Assembly: GCA_018175315.1 (NCBI GenBank)
Contig: GCA_018175315.1_4769.1
Direction: 5' to 3' (one strand)
Source of the DNA: a phage
DNA length: 60,198 nucleotides
The stretch's first letter is position 1; each line of letters opens with the position of its first letter. Under the pieces are notes generated by a model, which had not been told where the DNA came from, searched no databases, and saw nothing but the letters and a program-made list of their open reading frames with translations. Both the position numbers and the translations under genes were made by a program. This document shows positions 17,247 through 26,760 of the stretch, one piece after another.

Positions 17247-19013
17247 TTATGGAAGATCTGCAGTCTGTGAATTGTTTAGATTAGAAATGAGTTCTTTTAG
17301 TTTCTTATTATCTTCTTCCAAAGATTCAATCCGTTTTATAAGTTCTTGCACCACATGCATCGTATCCAAAAGCATAGGTGTTGTGTCAAGTTCCTTTTGT
17401 TCAACAATCTCTCCTGGATTACTGCCAACATATTTACGCGTCTTAACATATAAAGGCTCAACAACCTCTGCTTGCTGTGCAATCACGCCATGCCGAACTC
17501 GATTTTGTTCGTCATTGTCATAAATGAACTCTACAAATTCCAGACCTTGGATATTAGAGTATGACTTTTCAACTCCAACAGGGGCGATGCCGTGTTTTAC
17601 ACGTGAGTCAGAAGTACCATTTTTTGTATAACTAAAGTTCCCGTAATCAGTTGAACAATTTATTTGCCCATCAATGTCAAAAAAGTAACGGCAGAATTTT
17701 CCAGCGTCTCCACCGATAACTACACAGGCTTTGCCAAATGCGTTATTACCTGGAATATACATGTGATATCCAACCTTTGTTGGATATCCATTAGGTCTGA
17801 TGCCGCCGATAGAATAGCCGCGCACCAGCGTATCTGATCCACTCTCGATTGCCACCCTGTCCATTCCGTTAGTGGTCAAGTTAGGCCCGTCGGCATCCGT
17901 TATCCCGTTCCACGTACCAATAGGCGTATACATGCGGAATGGGTTGACCTTCCCTGACTGTCGAAAGTCTACCGTACCATCATCATAAAACTTGTAGGAG
18001 TGTTTAGCGGAGCCTTCAGATTCTATAACAGCCGCAGTATAAGAACCCCAGGTAGTATCAGAGTATAGACGAGCAAACCGCTTACCTGCTGGGTTGGAGT
18101 ATTCCGATACTACTTTACCACCACGAACGGAGGTATTCTGCGGAGGTGTGCTACTATCTGCATTCTTAACACTCCACGAGGTATTCGCAGCTACGAACCC
18201 ACCAGAAGCACGAATTACCCACACACCGACAAAGTTTCGTGTAAGAATCTCATCTGTTGATGCTCCGTAAATTTGACTTGAACGTGAGGCGTCAAAATTT
18301 AGCGTGTTACAACGGCCAGTAAGCGGTGTCTTACCTGCGGGGATGACATCCCCATCCCCGTTAGGAAAAAGCATATTATCAGAAAAGAATGCACCTCTAG
18401 CAGCAGAACCGAATACCTGAGCATACGTACCTCCTGAGTAACTAGGAACAGCACCAGTAATATTAGGTGCAGCAGATTCAAATAGCTGACCATTTGCATT
18501 ACTATTCCCGCCATCACCACGACCATAAAGAGCGCGTATTGATCCCTCCTGCACCCCATTCTTGTCTGGAACACGAAAAGTTGTTGTTCCATTTCCTGAT
18601 GAGTATTTACCACGCTGGAATTTATCAGCTAACCAAACTGAATCATCTATAGCCCCAACCATTTGTGCATACGCCCAGAGTTCAGGCCAATCCGCTCGAT
18701 TCAATAACTGTCCATCAGAAACGACTTCATACGGTTGAATATATGCACGACTGTCGCGTAAGTGGAAGTCACCAACACCATAATTCATGACGCCATTCAT
18801 AGTGGGTCCAACTATACCAGTATTAATCTTATTTTCTACCCAACGTTTGGTTGCAGCATCATAGTCCATAACAGGATCCCCAGCAAGCGGAGTAGATCCA
18901 ATAGGTCGCACGTTTAACCACGCTGCTGCGCGGTCCGCTAAGTCGCTCAGGTTTGCACTCTTTTTAAGAGAGTTCTTGATGTCAGCCGGAATATTTGTTA
19001 CTTGCTTAGTCAT
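17247..19013 (-). CDS. tail fibre protein with C-terminal intramolecular-chaperone-like domain
   Basis: GGGAG RBS before ATG 19013; Gly/Ser/Asn-rich beta-type composition; C-terminal SDSRVKHG resembles the S-D-x-R-x-K self-cleavage site of fibre chaperone domains, followed by coiled-coil tail. Confidence 0.65.
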   Translation of the reverse strand: MTKQVTNIPADIKNSLKKSANLSDLADRAAAWLNVRPIGSTPLAGDPVMDYDAATKRWVENKINTGIVGPTMNGVMNYGVGDFHLRDSRAYIQPYEVVSDGQLLNRADWPELWAYAQMVGAIDDSVWLADKFQRGKYSSGNGTTTFRVPDKNGVQEGSIRALYGRGDGGNSNANGQLFESAAPNITGAVPSYSGGTYAQVFGSAARGAFFSDNMLFPNGDGDVIPAGKTPLTGRCNTLNFDASRSSQIYGASTDEILTRNFVGVWVIRASGGFVAANTSWSVKNADSSTPPQNTSVRGGKVVSEYSNPAGKRFARLYSDTTWGSYTAAVIESEGSAKHSYKFYDDGTVDFRQSGKVNPFRMYTPIGTWNGITDADGPNLTTNGMDRVAIESGSDTLVRGYSIGGIRPNGYPTKVGYHMYIPGNNAFGKACVVIGGDAGKFCRYFFDIDGQINCSTDYGNFSYTKNGTSDSRVKHGIAPVGVEKSYSNIQGLEFVEFIYDNDEQNRVRHGVIAQQAEVVEPLYVKTRKYVGSNPGEIVEQKELDTTPMLLDTMHVVQELIKRIESLEEDNKKLKELISNLNNSQTADLP

Positions 19014-19015
19014 AA

Positions 19016-19291
19016 TTACGCCCACTCCCTTAAAGGTTGCTCAAGAATAACACTGTGGTTACTGTACTGGGTAAAATCAAACGAGTCATCAATAACCCTT
19101 ACGTTCACATAATACCCTTCATTTTGAATATATGTTGGTTCGTCTGATAAACTTTCAACTTCTGTAAAGGTGTATCCTATTACATCAAGCATTATTTGGT
19201 TTTGCAAAGTTTCATTGCCTTCCCAATCAATGACCACAAGAAAATCTTCAAACGCCTTCTTGTCCTTAAATTTCATAGTTAAGTCTTTCAT
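19016..19291 (-). CDS. hypothetical protein between tail-fibre genes (possible fibre assembly factor)
   Basis: 91 aa with GGAG RBS; start overlaps upstream stop. Confidence 0.45.
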   Translation of the reverse strand: MKDLTMKFKDKKAFEDFLVVIDWEGNETLQNQIMLDVIGYTFTEVESLSDEPTYIQNEGYYVNVRVIDDSFDFTQYSNHSVILEQPLREWA

Positions 19292-21417
19292 ACAGACTCC
19301 TTCAATTCACGGTCAGTCAATGCTTTATGCCATACTCGAAGATTTCTGACATGCCCGAATAAATGGCGCTGCCCCGTTGTTGTCTGACCGCCAATACGAA
19401 TGGTTGCAGAGCTTTGAATATAGGACCATGTGGCTTTCTTTTCGCTGGATATACGCCCGTTACTTACTGCACATGTCATCTGATCTTCCTTCACACGCAT
19501 CCCCATAACCATTTTTTCAAGCGATGCGTTTTCGTTTACCCGTCTGTTAGCTCCTCCAATATCGCAATAAGGAAATCCGTCGTAATCTGCTGAAGAACCG
19601 AAGCCAAGAATAATAGCCGCTCCGGTTTGATGACCGCCGGTATCAAAAACACGCGGCGCTGCATTTGGCGTTTTATACCAGTTCTTATGTACCTCACAAA
19701 GAACCGTAAAAGGAAGATTATAAAGATTATTCTTAATTGGAACTGTAACTATATCGCTTGCGCGGGTCGCCGCCGTCGCTCCTGATATAATAAAAGATGA
19801 TACACAAGGCCCATCTTCTACTTGTGGGGTGGCCAGATAAATATAGTCACCAGATACGGTTGCCCCGCTCTGCTTAGGAGAATACTGTATCTGAGAGCCT
19901 ATTTTTAACTCCCCATCAATTGCCTGAATTGTTGCCTCTGCAAAAATCCATCCGGTAGCTTCGTCCTTTCTGACTCTCGCTGTAATCCTTGAGGCAGCAC
20001 CGCCTGTCATATTAATTTCAAGCGTTTGTGTATCAATATACGCATCACCAAGAAAAGTTGTTGCGCTACCGTCATATTTATCAAACCGGATACGCAACCT
20101 TACCTGCAGTTCTGTTTTAAAACGACATGAGGTTGTCACGTATTTATTATAGCCTGAGACATCAACTGACTTTGTTGCAGCAATTGATGCCATATTAATG
20201 GCTGAGGTTTGCCCAATCAGAGAATCGTTACAGACGAACTTTCCATAGGTAAAACCAAAACTATCCTTCCCGGTTTCGGGAACATCCATATTTGACGATC
20301 GCCCCCAACTGGCAGGGTTTTCCGAATTGAGCATGTAGTTTGTTCTTTGCCCCTCAATAAGCAGGCCATCACGTTCAAATCGTGGCTCGTCAACTTCAGC
20401 AACGGTTAATACTCCTGATTTATTAATGTATGTTGCACCTGACGCCCGTTTGAAATCCACAACCTTATCGGACGGCATTTTAATAACATCATCACCTACA
20501 GTTATTTGCTTATAGCCTGGTGCAAACCCCGCTAACATATCCAGTGAGTCGTTGAAAGGAATCCATACATCAGGGAAAGGTTGAATTTCTGGAGCATTGT
20601 TAGCAGCAGATTCCGCACGGTCTGCTTCCGTCTTTGCGCGGTCTGCGTCGTTTTTAGCTGCGGTTGCGCTTGTACCTGCGTTACCTGCTTGTTGTCCCGC
20701 TTCGGTAGCGCTATTACTTGCTTGTGCAGCAGACGCGGCAGCGGCGTCTTTTAGCGCGGTAGTTTCGGACACAGCAGCGTCCTTAATTGCTTGCGTCTCG
20801 CTTATTGCGCTATTCTTAATAGTCTGTGTATCCGACTTTAATTTTTCAACATCCTTTTTGAGATTTGTTATTGTGGTTACAGCTTGGGTTGCAGTGTTAG
20901 CAGAGCCCGCAGCACTGGACTGGGCTTGTTTAGCTGCATCCGCGTTAGTTTTAGAATCATTCTTATATGTAAGCGCTTCACTTGCAGAAGAAGCAGCCGC
21001 CGCTTTACTATTACGTGCGTCGGTAGCATCTGAGTTTGCTGCGGCAGCAGAGCGTCCAGCTTGCAGAGCATATTCTTCAGAGTTAGCCACAAGTTGCTGG
21101 ACTTGTTTGATAACATCTGGAGTTAATTCTTCTGGAGCCCAGTTAATTAAATATCCGTTCAGCGAACCTTCAGGACTGTCACCATAAATAACAATCTCCC
21201 CAGCTTTATAAGGCTCAACACCTTGAGGTCCGATGATTACTTTATAACGACCAGTCTGGACAGTTACATTATACGCACCGGATCCGTCAGTGCGGAATAT
21301 AGCCTCACTACCATTAAGAACGGTAATTGTGTTCCCTTTAGCAATAAGAGCAACTGTAGCGTTGATGATTGGTTTATTTAAACCATCCATCAGAATACCA
21401 TGTAGACGAGTTGCCAT
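19288..21417 (-). CDS. tail fibre / receptor-binding protein with C-terminal lectin (LamG)-like domain
   Basis: AGAGGT RBS before ATG 21417; beta-rich N-terminal domain, Ala/Ser-rich coiled middle, C-terminal region lectin-like by composition. Confidence 0.6.
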   Translation of the reverse strand: MATRLHGILMDGLNKPIINATVALIAKGNTITVLNGSEAIFRTDGSGAYNVTVQTGRYKVIIGPQGVEPYKAGEIVIYGDSPEGSLNGYLINWAPEELTPDVIKQVQQLVANSEEYALQAGRSAAAANSDATDARNSKAAAASSASEALTYKNDSKTNADAAKQAQSSAAGSANTATQAVTTITNLKKDVEKLKSDTQTIKNSAISETQAIKDAAVSETTALKDAAAASAAQASNSATEAGQQAGNAGTSATAAKNDADRAKTEADRAESAANNAPEIQPFPDVWIPFNDSLDMLAGFAPGYKQITVGDDVIKMPSDKVVDFKRASGATYINKSGVLTVAEVDEPRFERDGLLIEGQRTNYMLNSENPASWGRSSNMDVPETGKDSFGFTYGKFVCNDSLIGQTSAINMASIAATKSVDVSGYNKYVTTSCRFKTELQVRLRIRFDKYDGSATTFLGDAYIDTQTLEINMTGGAASRITARVRKDEATGWIFAEATIQAIDGELKIGSQIQYSPKQSGATVSGDYIYLATPQVEDGPCVSSFIISGATAATRASDIVTVPIKNNLYNLPFTVLCEVHKNWYKTPNAAPRVFDTGGHQTGAAIILGFGSSADYDGFPYCDIGGANRRVNENASLEKMVMGMRVKEDQMTCAVSNGRISSEKKATWSYIQSSATIRIGGQTTTGQRHLFGHVRNLRVWHKALTDRELKESV

Positions 21418-21541
21418 TTTTACCTCTTGTTTCGCAGAGTTGATCAATTAATGGATGCACTATGGCATATAAATATGGTAAATTAAATTAGAATATAAAA
21501 CAATATTGTCTATCATCTTTAACCACATTGTTGGAGTAATT

Positions 21542-22507
21542 ATGCCAGAGGGTATTTATATAAACTACAATGACGGTAGACCTGCAATGCAAATAACATC
21601 AGGTTTACGGGCCTTGTCCTTTTGCGCTAAATTTGATCAGCGCTGTCAATCCGATCAAACGTTAGTGATTAATACCCCTCTCACTAACGGGTCTGAGATT
21701 TTTGTAATTCCAACAAGGCCAGTTGAAATTATTGAAGTTTACGATCAAGGTTTAGTTGTCGCATCACCTTTCTATATATCCTCTATTTCCAGGAACGGTA
21801 ATTCTGGAGTTGTCTTAAGGGGTGGTAATCCTTTTGGGTATACCGGAAAACTACCGCAATGGGCGGGTTCAATTATGGAGGTATTACCTGCCGCCAATTA
21901 TAATACAGGTCTATATGTATCTAACTCTACGGATTTTACAGCAATCTCTAATAATGCAAAGCTAATGACTTGTCAATACGCTGGTACGGTTACAGTCAAT
22001 GGCAGTCTGCAACTACCTGTATCCGGTATCCCGTTTGCAAGATGGAGCGATCCAAACGTTTCTGTTGGCTTTGATGGTTCTAACATTATAGTCCGCAACA
22101 TTGCGTATACGGGTCGAGACGACGTTGCTGGTAGCGTTACAATGGAGCTGGTAATCTTTAATAATACTCCACCGTCACCTGGCGACGGTATTACAATGAC
22201 AAACAATATTGGGCAAGTCACATTTTCTACAGTGAGAAAACCATTCTTATTCGACAGGACTTTAATTTTATCGGGAAGTAACCAAGACATAGGTAACAGG
22301 TTAATTCAGCTTGCTTTTTACGGTATGCGCAACGTCTATAATGGCGGGTATGACCATGTTCGTTATAATGGCGTTTATATGTATAATAATCAGGTAAGAG
22401 CTGAAAGAAATAAAGTGATTGGTAACTTCTATTCCCCTTCTTTAAGACCACCAGAAAGAAATATTATCATCCCTACTCCAGCTATCGCTATACCAAATAT
22501 GTATTAA
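21542..22507 (+). CDS. hypothetical protein encoded antisense to the tail module
   Basis: GGAG RBS 5 nt before ATG 21542; 321 aa rich in N/G/S/T/Y; AT-rich upstream region and hairpin terminator downstream; no large competing ORF on the minus strand. Confidence 0.55.
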   Translation: MPEGIYINYNDGRPAMQITSGLRALSFCAKFDQRCQSDQTLVINTPLTNGSEIFVIPTRPVEIIEVYDQGLVVASPFYISSISRNGNSGVVLRGGNPFGYTGKLPQWAGSIMEVLPAANYNTGLYVSNSTDFTAISNNAKLMTCQYAGTVTVNGSLQLPVSGIPFARWSDPNVSVGFDGSNIIVRNIAYTGRDDVAGSVTMELVIFNNTPPSPGDGITMTNNIGQVTFSTVRKPFLFDRTLILSGSNQDIGNRLIQLAFYGMRNVYNGGYDHVRYNGVYMYNNQVRAERNKVIGNFYSPSLRPPERNIIIPTPAIAIPNMY

Positions 22508-22508
22508 T

Positions 22509-22530
22509 AAACGGGGCATGTGCCCCGTTT
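22509..22530. terminator. bidirectional hairpin terminator
   Basis: Palindrome AAACGGGGCA-TG-TGCCCCGTTT between convergent genes. Confidence 0.5.
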
Positions 22531-22540
22531 AAATATTTCA

Positions 22541-25180
22541 TTACCATCGTCCCACTATGACAACACCACCACCTGATAGCGGAACACGAATACCGTTACT
22601 ATCAATTGTAATACCTCCATTTCCATTGAAACCAAATTGACCAGCGTTAGCAACAACGGTCCCTCTGACGGTCACGTTATTAAATACGCAATAACCGTCT
22701 TTTGTGATTGCCCAACCTTGATCGTTACCATTCCAGTTATTGGACTGGATAACATTACCAATCTTAGCGTTAGTAATCGATCCGTTTTCAATAAACGCTT
22801 CTCGCAAGAAACTTTGACCGTTTTTAATAGCGAATGCAAGCTGTGCTGCTCCTGCTACAGGATTATAAATAGCAAAGTTATCCGCGCTCACCATAAAGTA
22901 AGACTGGAATTGTCCTCCGCTACCTTCAATACCTAACTGCATACCTGCAACATATTTGTTACCATTATTGTCTATTTGAACCTTTTGTCCCCATTGAGCA
23001 GAAAGTTTACCATTAAGATCTGCTAGTGCTTGCGATTGCTCTTGCACGGTAACAACAACATCACCCACACTACTCTGAACCGATTCAATTTTTGTAGCTT
23101 GTCCTTCAACTACTTTGGACAATTCCGTTACACCGTCATCAACCTTTTGCACAGTCTCCATGAGGTTTTTGAAAGTTTCAGTTTCTTGAAACTCTTTATC
23201 CATAATTTCTATGATCTGTGCAGTTTCTGCCCATACACGAGCTTCAACTTCCACAAACGCGGACGACCCAAAGGCATTGATAGTTCTTACATACCAGTAA
23301 TAAGTGTGGTCATTGAGTAAGTTATTTTTCTGCCATATAGTTCCCATACCTTCACGGGTCGCATCGCGCTCAACAACATCTGTATTAACAGACGGCAGTT
23401 TTGTTTCACCAGACGTCCAGAAATCAAATTGTGTGCTAACACTAGTGAGCTCTGCAATCTTTGGTATAAGAGTTAAAGAAAAATAACCGTTCTGTATTTC
23501 GACAGATGAAGGCGGCGGTGGGGCTTGAATATTAAACTCCAGATAAGCTTCCGGTGATATTGCGCCACTGTGCGATACAGCTTGAACGTGCGCAGTATAT
23601 GCCCCACGCAGCAACCCAGTAACACGAACGCTTTGGCCAGGGACTTGTGCGGTCCAAATAGTAACGCCTCCCTGTCGCACAGCTACGCGGTTGTATGCAA
23701 CTTGCCCCATGTTGGTCCAGGATAATACCCCCTGTACCACATCGCTAATCTGCAATATCTGGTATTGGAGATTTTGAGGTTGAGCAACACCACCACTTGG
23801 CAAGTCTACAAGATCCGGTCGGTCCATAGGCTTACCGATCGCATCGTCCCACATTTCCAGGAAATCTTGACGTAGTGTAAGGTTAACACCACCTTTAGGG
23901 TTAAAAGACCATTTAGTAACGCGCATTTCAACATTCTTCATGCCAATCTGCGTAATGGTGACTTTTACATACATTCCTGGACGAAATTTATAACCCTTCA
24001 TGTTACAAGGAATTTCAATTGTGCGGCCAACACGTTTACGACGTAGAATAATATTAGACAAACGTTGGGCTTGATATTCGCTTGTTACAAATCGGAAATC
24101 CATGTCTTGCGTTATTTCACCGCCGTCCTTTTCCACCCATTCCTTAACCACAACTGGAGGAAAGTCCGCTTCAACATAGTTTTGCTTTGGATCAATAAAT
24201 GTCCCTGTGATGGTGTTGGTGCGCTCCTTATAAGAAGTTTCTGGAACAATTTTAATATCCCCAGCAATACAACTTTCGTCCAGCGTCATTGTTGCTGGAC
24301 CGTAATATGCGCCAACCAGAAGACCGTGTTTACCCGCTACATACGTTAGCTCGCCGCCACAAGCTTGCAACATAGCATCCAGAATTTTGGATGGGGCTTC
24401 ATCTACTTCAAATTCACCGTTGATTTTATAACGGCGCTCTGTAGAACCATCAGCGTTATTGACGTATTCATCACAGATGTTAGCCGCTTCTTTGAATTGG
24501 TCCCAGTTAATATCTTCATCTTTGCGCTTTAAATACGTGCGGAAGTAATCAAGTATCACCAACGCTGCATTATCGCTGAATATGGTATAACCAGAACGAG
24601 GATCATATACACGGCGACCTCTTTTAAGAAGCTTAATGTTTGGCAAACCAGACGGGAATTTTTCCGCATTAAATTTAAAGCTAATACGAAGCCATGCAAT
24701 CCCTTTCCCGATCATATCCTCTTTCCAGGAAGGGCAATTGCTTAACATGAATGGATCTACAGTCTGACGGTCGTTATGGAATTCCCAAGTGACATACTGT
24801 TCGAAAGTCTGTACAAGGTCATCCCCAAGCCAAATATCACCAATTCCCTCCAATGGATGTGAAGCTACAACAAGAGCCATATGCAGGAGTTCGTCTTCGT
24901 CCTGATCTCCAGGCTGCTCCTCGGCAAACGTCATAACACCGGAAGCAACCGTTGTACCATACACTACTGTTCGAGATGCTGCGGCTGCTCGTAAAACCTG
25001 TTTACGCTCTTGTTGACCTTTATAAGCATTAAAGTTCATATTAGGTGTCTTAGTTAAAAGAGCACCCGCCGCAGTTGCAGCCATACCAATAGCCAAAGCT
25101 ACGCCAGTAGCAATCCACCCCGCCGCAGCGGCAGCGGAAGCACCTAAAGCTATTGCTGCTCCAATTATTGCTGGTGGCAT
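22541..25180 (-). CDS. lambda J-like tail tip / central fibre protein (host specificity)
   Basis: GGAGGG RBS before ATG 25180; FN3-like segment YYWYVRTINAFGSSAFVEV resembles lambda J YYFYIRSVNTVGKSAFVEA; first about 47 aa are an Ala/Gly-rich hydrophobic segment. Confidence 0.7.
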   Translation of the reverse strand: MPPAIIGAAIALGASAAAAAGWIATGVALAIGMAATAAGALLTKTPNMNFNAYKGQQERKQVLRAAAASRTVVYGTTVASGVMTFAEEQPGDQDEDELLHMALVVASHPLEGIGDIWLGDDLVQTFEQYVTWEFHNDRQTVDPFMLSNCPSWKEDMIGKGIAWLRISFKFNAEKFPSGLPNIKLLKRGRRVYDPRSGYTIFSDNAALVILDYFRTYLKRKDEDINWDQFKEAANICDEYVNNADGSTERRYKINGEFEVDEAPSKILDAMLQACGGELTYVAGKHGLLVGAYYGPATMTLDESCIAGDIKIVPETSYKERTNTITGTFIDPKQNYVEADFPPVVVKEWVEKDGGEITQDMDFRFVTSEYQAQRLSNIILRRKRVGRTIEIPCNMKGYKFRPGMYVKVTITQIGMKNVEMRVTKWSFNPKGGVNLTLRQDFLEMWDDAIGKPMDRPDLVDLPSGGVAQPQNLQYQILQISDVVQGVLSWTNMGQVAYNRVAVRQGGVTIWTAQVPGQSVRVTGLLRGAYTAHVQAVSHSGAISPEAYLEFNIQAPPPPSSVEIQNGYFSLTLIPKIAELTSVSTQFDFWTSGETKLPSVNTDVVERDATREGMGTIWQKNNLLNDHTYYWYVRTINAFGSSAFVEVEARVWAETAQIIEIMDKEFQETETFKNLMETVQKVDDGVTELSKVVEGQATKIESVQSSVGDVVVTVQEQSQALADLNGKLSAQWGQKVQIDNNGNKYVAGMQLGIEGSGGQFQSYFMVSADNFAIYNPVAGAAQLAFAIKNGQSFLREAFIENGSITNAKIGNVIQSNNWNGNDQGWAITKDGYCVFNNVTVRGTVVANAGQFGFNGNGGITIDSNGIRVPLSGGGVVIVGRW

Positions 25181-25596
25181 TAGACCCTCCAAATATCCGT
25201 GATTTTGATCTTATTAAGCGGGAATGTTTCCACACCGTTCGGGCCCATAGCCCATACATATCCCGTCCATAATATGCCAGCGGTTAAGCCCAATGCTCCC
25301 TCAAATGTAACCACATCTCCTCTTTGCGCAAAGTTCTTATCAACGCGCTCACTTAGGTAAGCATCCAGCAAGGTTGGAAGGTAAGCTGTTCCAACCTTTT
25401 CAATTGAGAACCGTTTGCTTCCAAGCTCTGTGCTGTATTTACCCGCTATCTGATTATAAATATTTGTGTTGTATTGTGCATCAACACATTTAGCAGCAAA
25501 CGTACAGCAATCGTTTTCACCCCAAGAAAAAGGAGTCGATGACAACTCCTTTACTGTGGTTAATAAACGTGTCTGCCATCCTGGCATTTTACTCAT
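25180..25596 (-). CDS. minor tail / tail assembly protein (lambda K/I position)
   Basis: Start chosen at ATG 25596 overlapping upstream stop (ORF track's longer ORF overlaps previous gene by 176 nt); contains ENDCCTF Cys motif. Confidence 0.4.
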   Translation of the reverse strand: MSKMPGWQTRLLTTVKELSSTPFSWGENDCCTFAAKCVDAQYNTNIYNQIAGKYSTELGSKRFSIEKVGTAYLPTLLDAYLSERVDKNFAQRGDVVTFEGALGLTAGILWTGYVWAMGPNGVETFPLNKIKITDIWRV

Positions 25597-26173
25597 ACGT
25601 GAATCCTGGCGCATCTTTTTTACTCCCCCAAAAGATCGAACGTTCAGCCATTTGTGCGACATATCTAAAGAACCGATCGCCTGGATGTAAACGTTGTTGA
25701 CTTTCATCCGTATAGCGATCCGGTAAACCTTGTGACCAACGCTCAAAGACATTGGCAATGACATAGCTCAAAGCATTTTGTTGTCCTGCTTGTAAAGCTG
25801 TATCTGTAATAAACCCTTCAAATAATACGTTTGCACCAGTGACAACGCCTTGATCGTTCATAACCGCAAGATAGCAAATAACATTGCGGCCAATAACTTC
25901 TTCGTTTAACGTCTCCCCTACAAGACTCATATCCAGACCGCTAAGTGCCATGGACATAGTGCTTGAGCTTGTGCTGTTTTCTTCTGTGACCGATCCAACA
26001 TCCCCTAGAGTACCTACACCAAGAAAAGTCTGACCATTGATAATAACAGTTCCTGTTCCGGTATGCACGCGGGTGATACCGGAAGGGAAGTCTATTTCCG
26101 CTGCCAACACTAGCGCGACGTTTGGTTGCTCCATTGCGCTAAGAAGGCTATCGCTAAACGGACTGAATAACAT
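25589..26173 (-). CDS. minor tail protein (lambda L position)
   Basis: 194-aa ORF, ATGA overlap with upstream gene, between tape measure and J-like gene. Confidence 0.5.
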   Translation of the reverse strand: MLFSPFSDSLLSAMEQPNVALVLAAEIDFPSGITRVHTGTGTVIINGQTFLGVGTLGDVGSVTEENSTSSSTMSMALSGLDMSLVGETLNEEVIGRNVICYLAVMNDQGVVTGANVLFEGFITDTALQAGQQNALSYVIANVFERWSQGLPDRYTDESQQRLHPGDRFFRYVAQMAERSIFWGSKKDAPGFTYE

Positions 26174-26757
26174 TAGAACGCCTCCGAGAATTTTAAAGTA
26201 AAGGAGTTATTAAATGCAGGTTGACGTTTAACTCCATTTGTGTTTTCGGCTAAACGGAAAGATCCTTGGGGTTTCTGAGTTTCAATCTTCGCACCGTTTG
26301 GAGGGATGCTTCTTAACATTGGGGCAATGTTTAAAATCACGTTACCAGAAGAATCACTCCAAGCATCTTCTGTTATCAATTTTAATTCATTGTTTACTGC
26401 GATATAGTCCCCTTCCCATAATACCTTACGGTCAGGAGTCCAACCCTTAGTTGATAAAGTTGTCCCAGTGTTATTTGCGCCATTAACCACAGGTGATCCC
26501 ATTGGAGGTCGACCCCAGCGACCAAAATCCTGAAGCATAATCCGACCAGCTTTACCATCAAGTTTGGCTAACGTTGATTCAAGCTTTCTAGACTGCCAAT
26601 CATTTAAATTGCTGAATGTTAGCGTAGCTTCCCATCGCGATCCAGGATAAGACACAGTTTGGGAAGCCCCATTGAAGGGGCTTGTAAATTCTACAGCGTT
26701 TGAGACTAGATACCATTCCATTTCCGATGGTCTAAGCTCTTCGGGCCAAGTGAGCAT
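26173..26757 (-). CDS. minor tail protein (lambda M / distal tail position)
   Basis: 194-aa ORF immediately downstream of tape measure gene. Confidence 0.5.
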   Translation of the reverse strand: MLTWPEELRPSEMEWYLVSNAVEFTSPFNGASQTVSYPGSRWEATLTFSNLNDWQSRKLESTLAKLDGKAGRIMLQDFGRWGRPPMGSPVVNGANNTGTTLSTKGWTPDRKVLWEGDYIAVNNELKLITEDAWSDSSGNVILNIAPMLRSIPPNGAKIETQKPQGSFRLAENTNGVKRQPAFNNSFTLKFSEAF

Positions 26758-26760
26758 ATA

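Noticed and set aside
20597-21187. Plus-strand 196-aa ORF inside the tail-fibre gene
   Set aside because: Ala/Ser-rich mirror of the minus-strand coiled region; no start context; the minus-strand ORF is far longer and sits in structural synteny.
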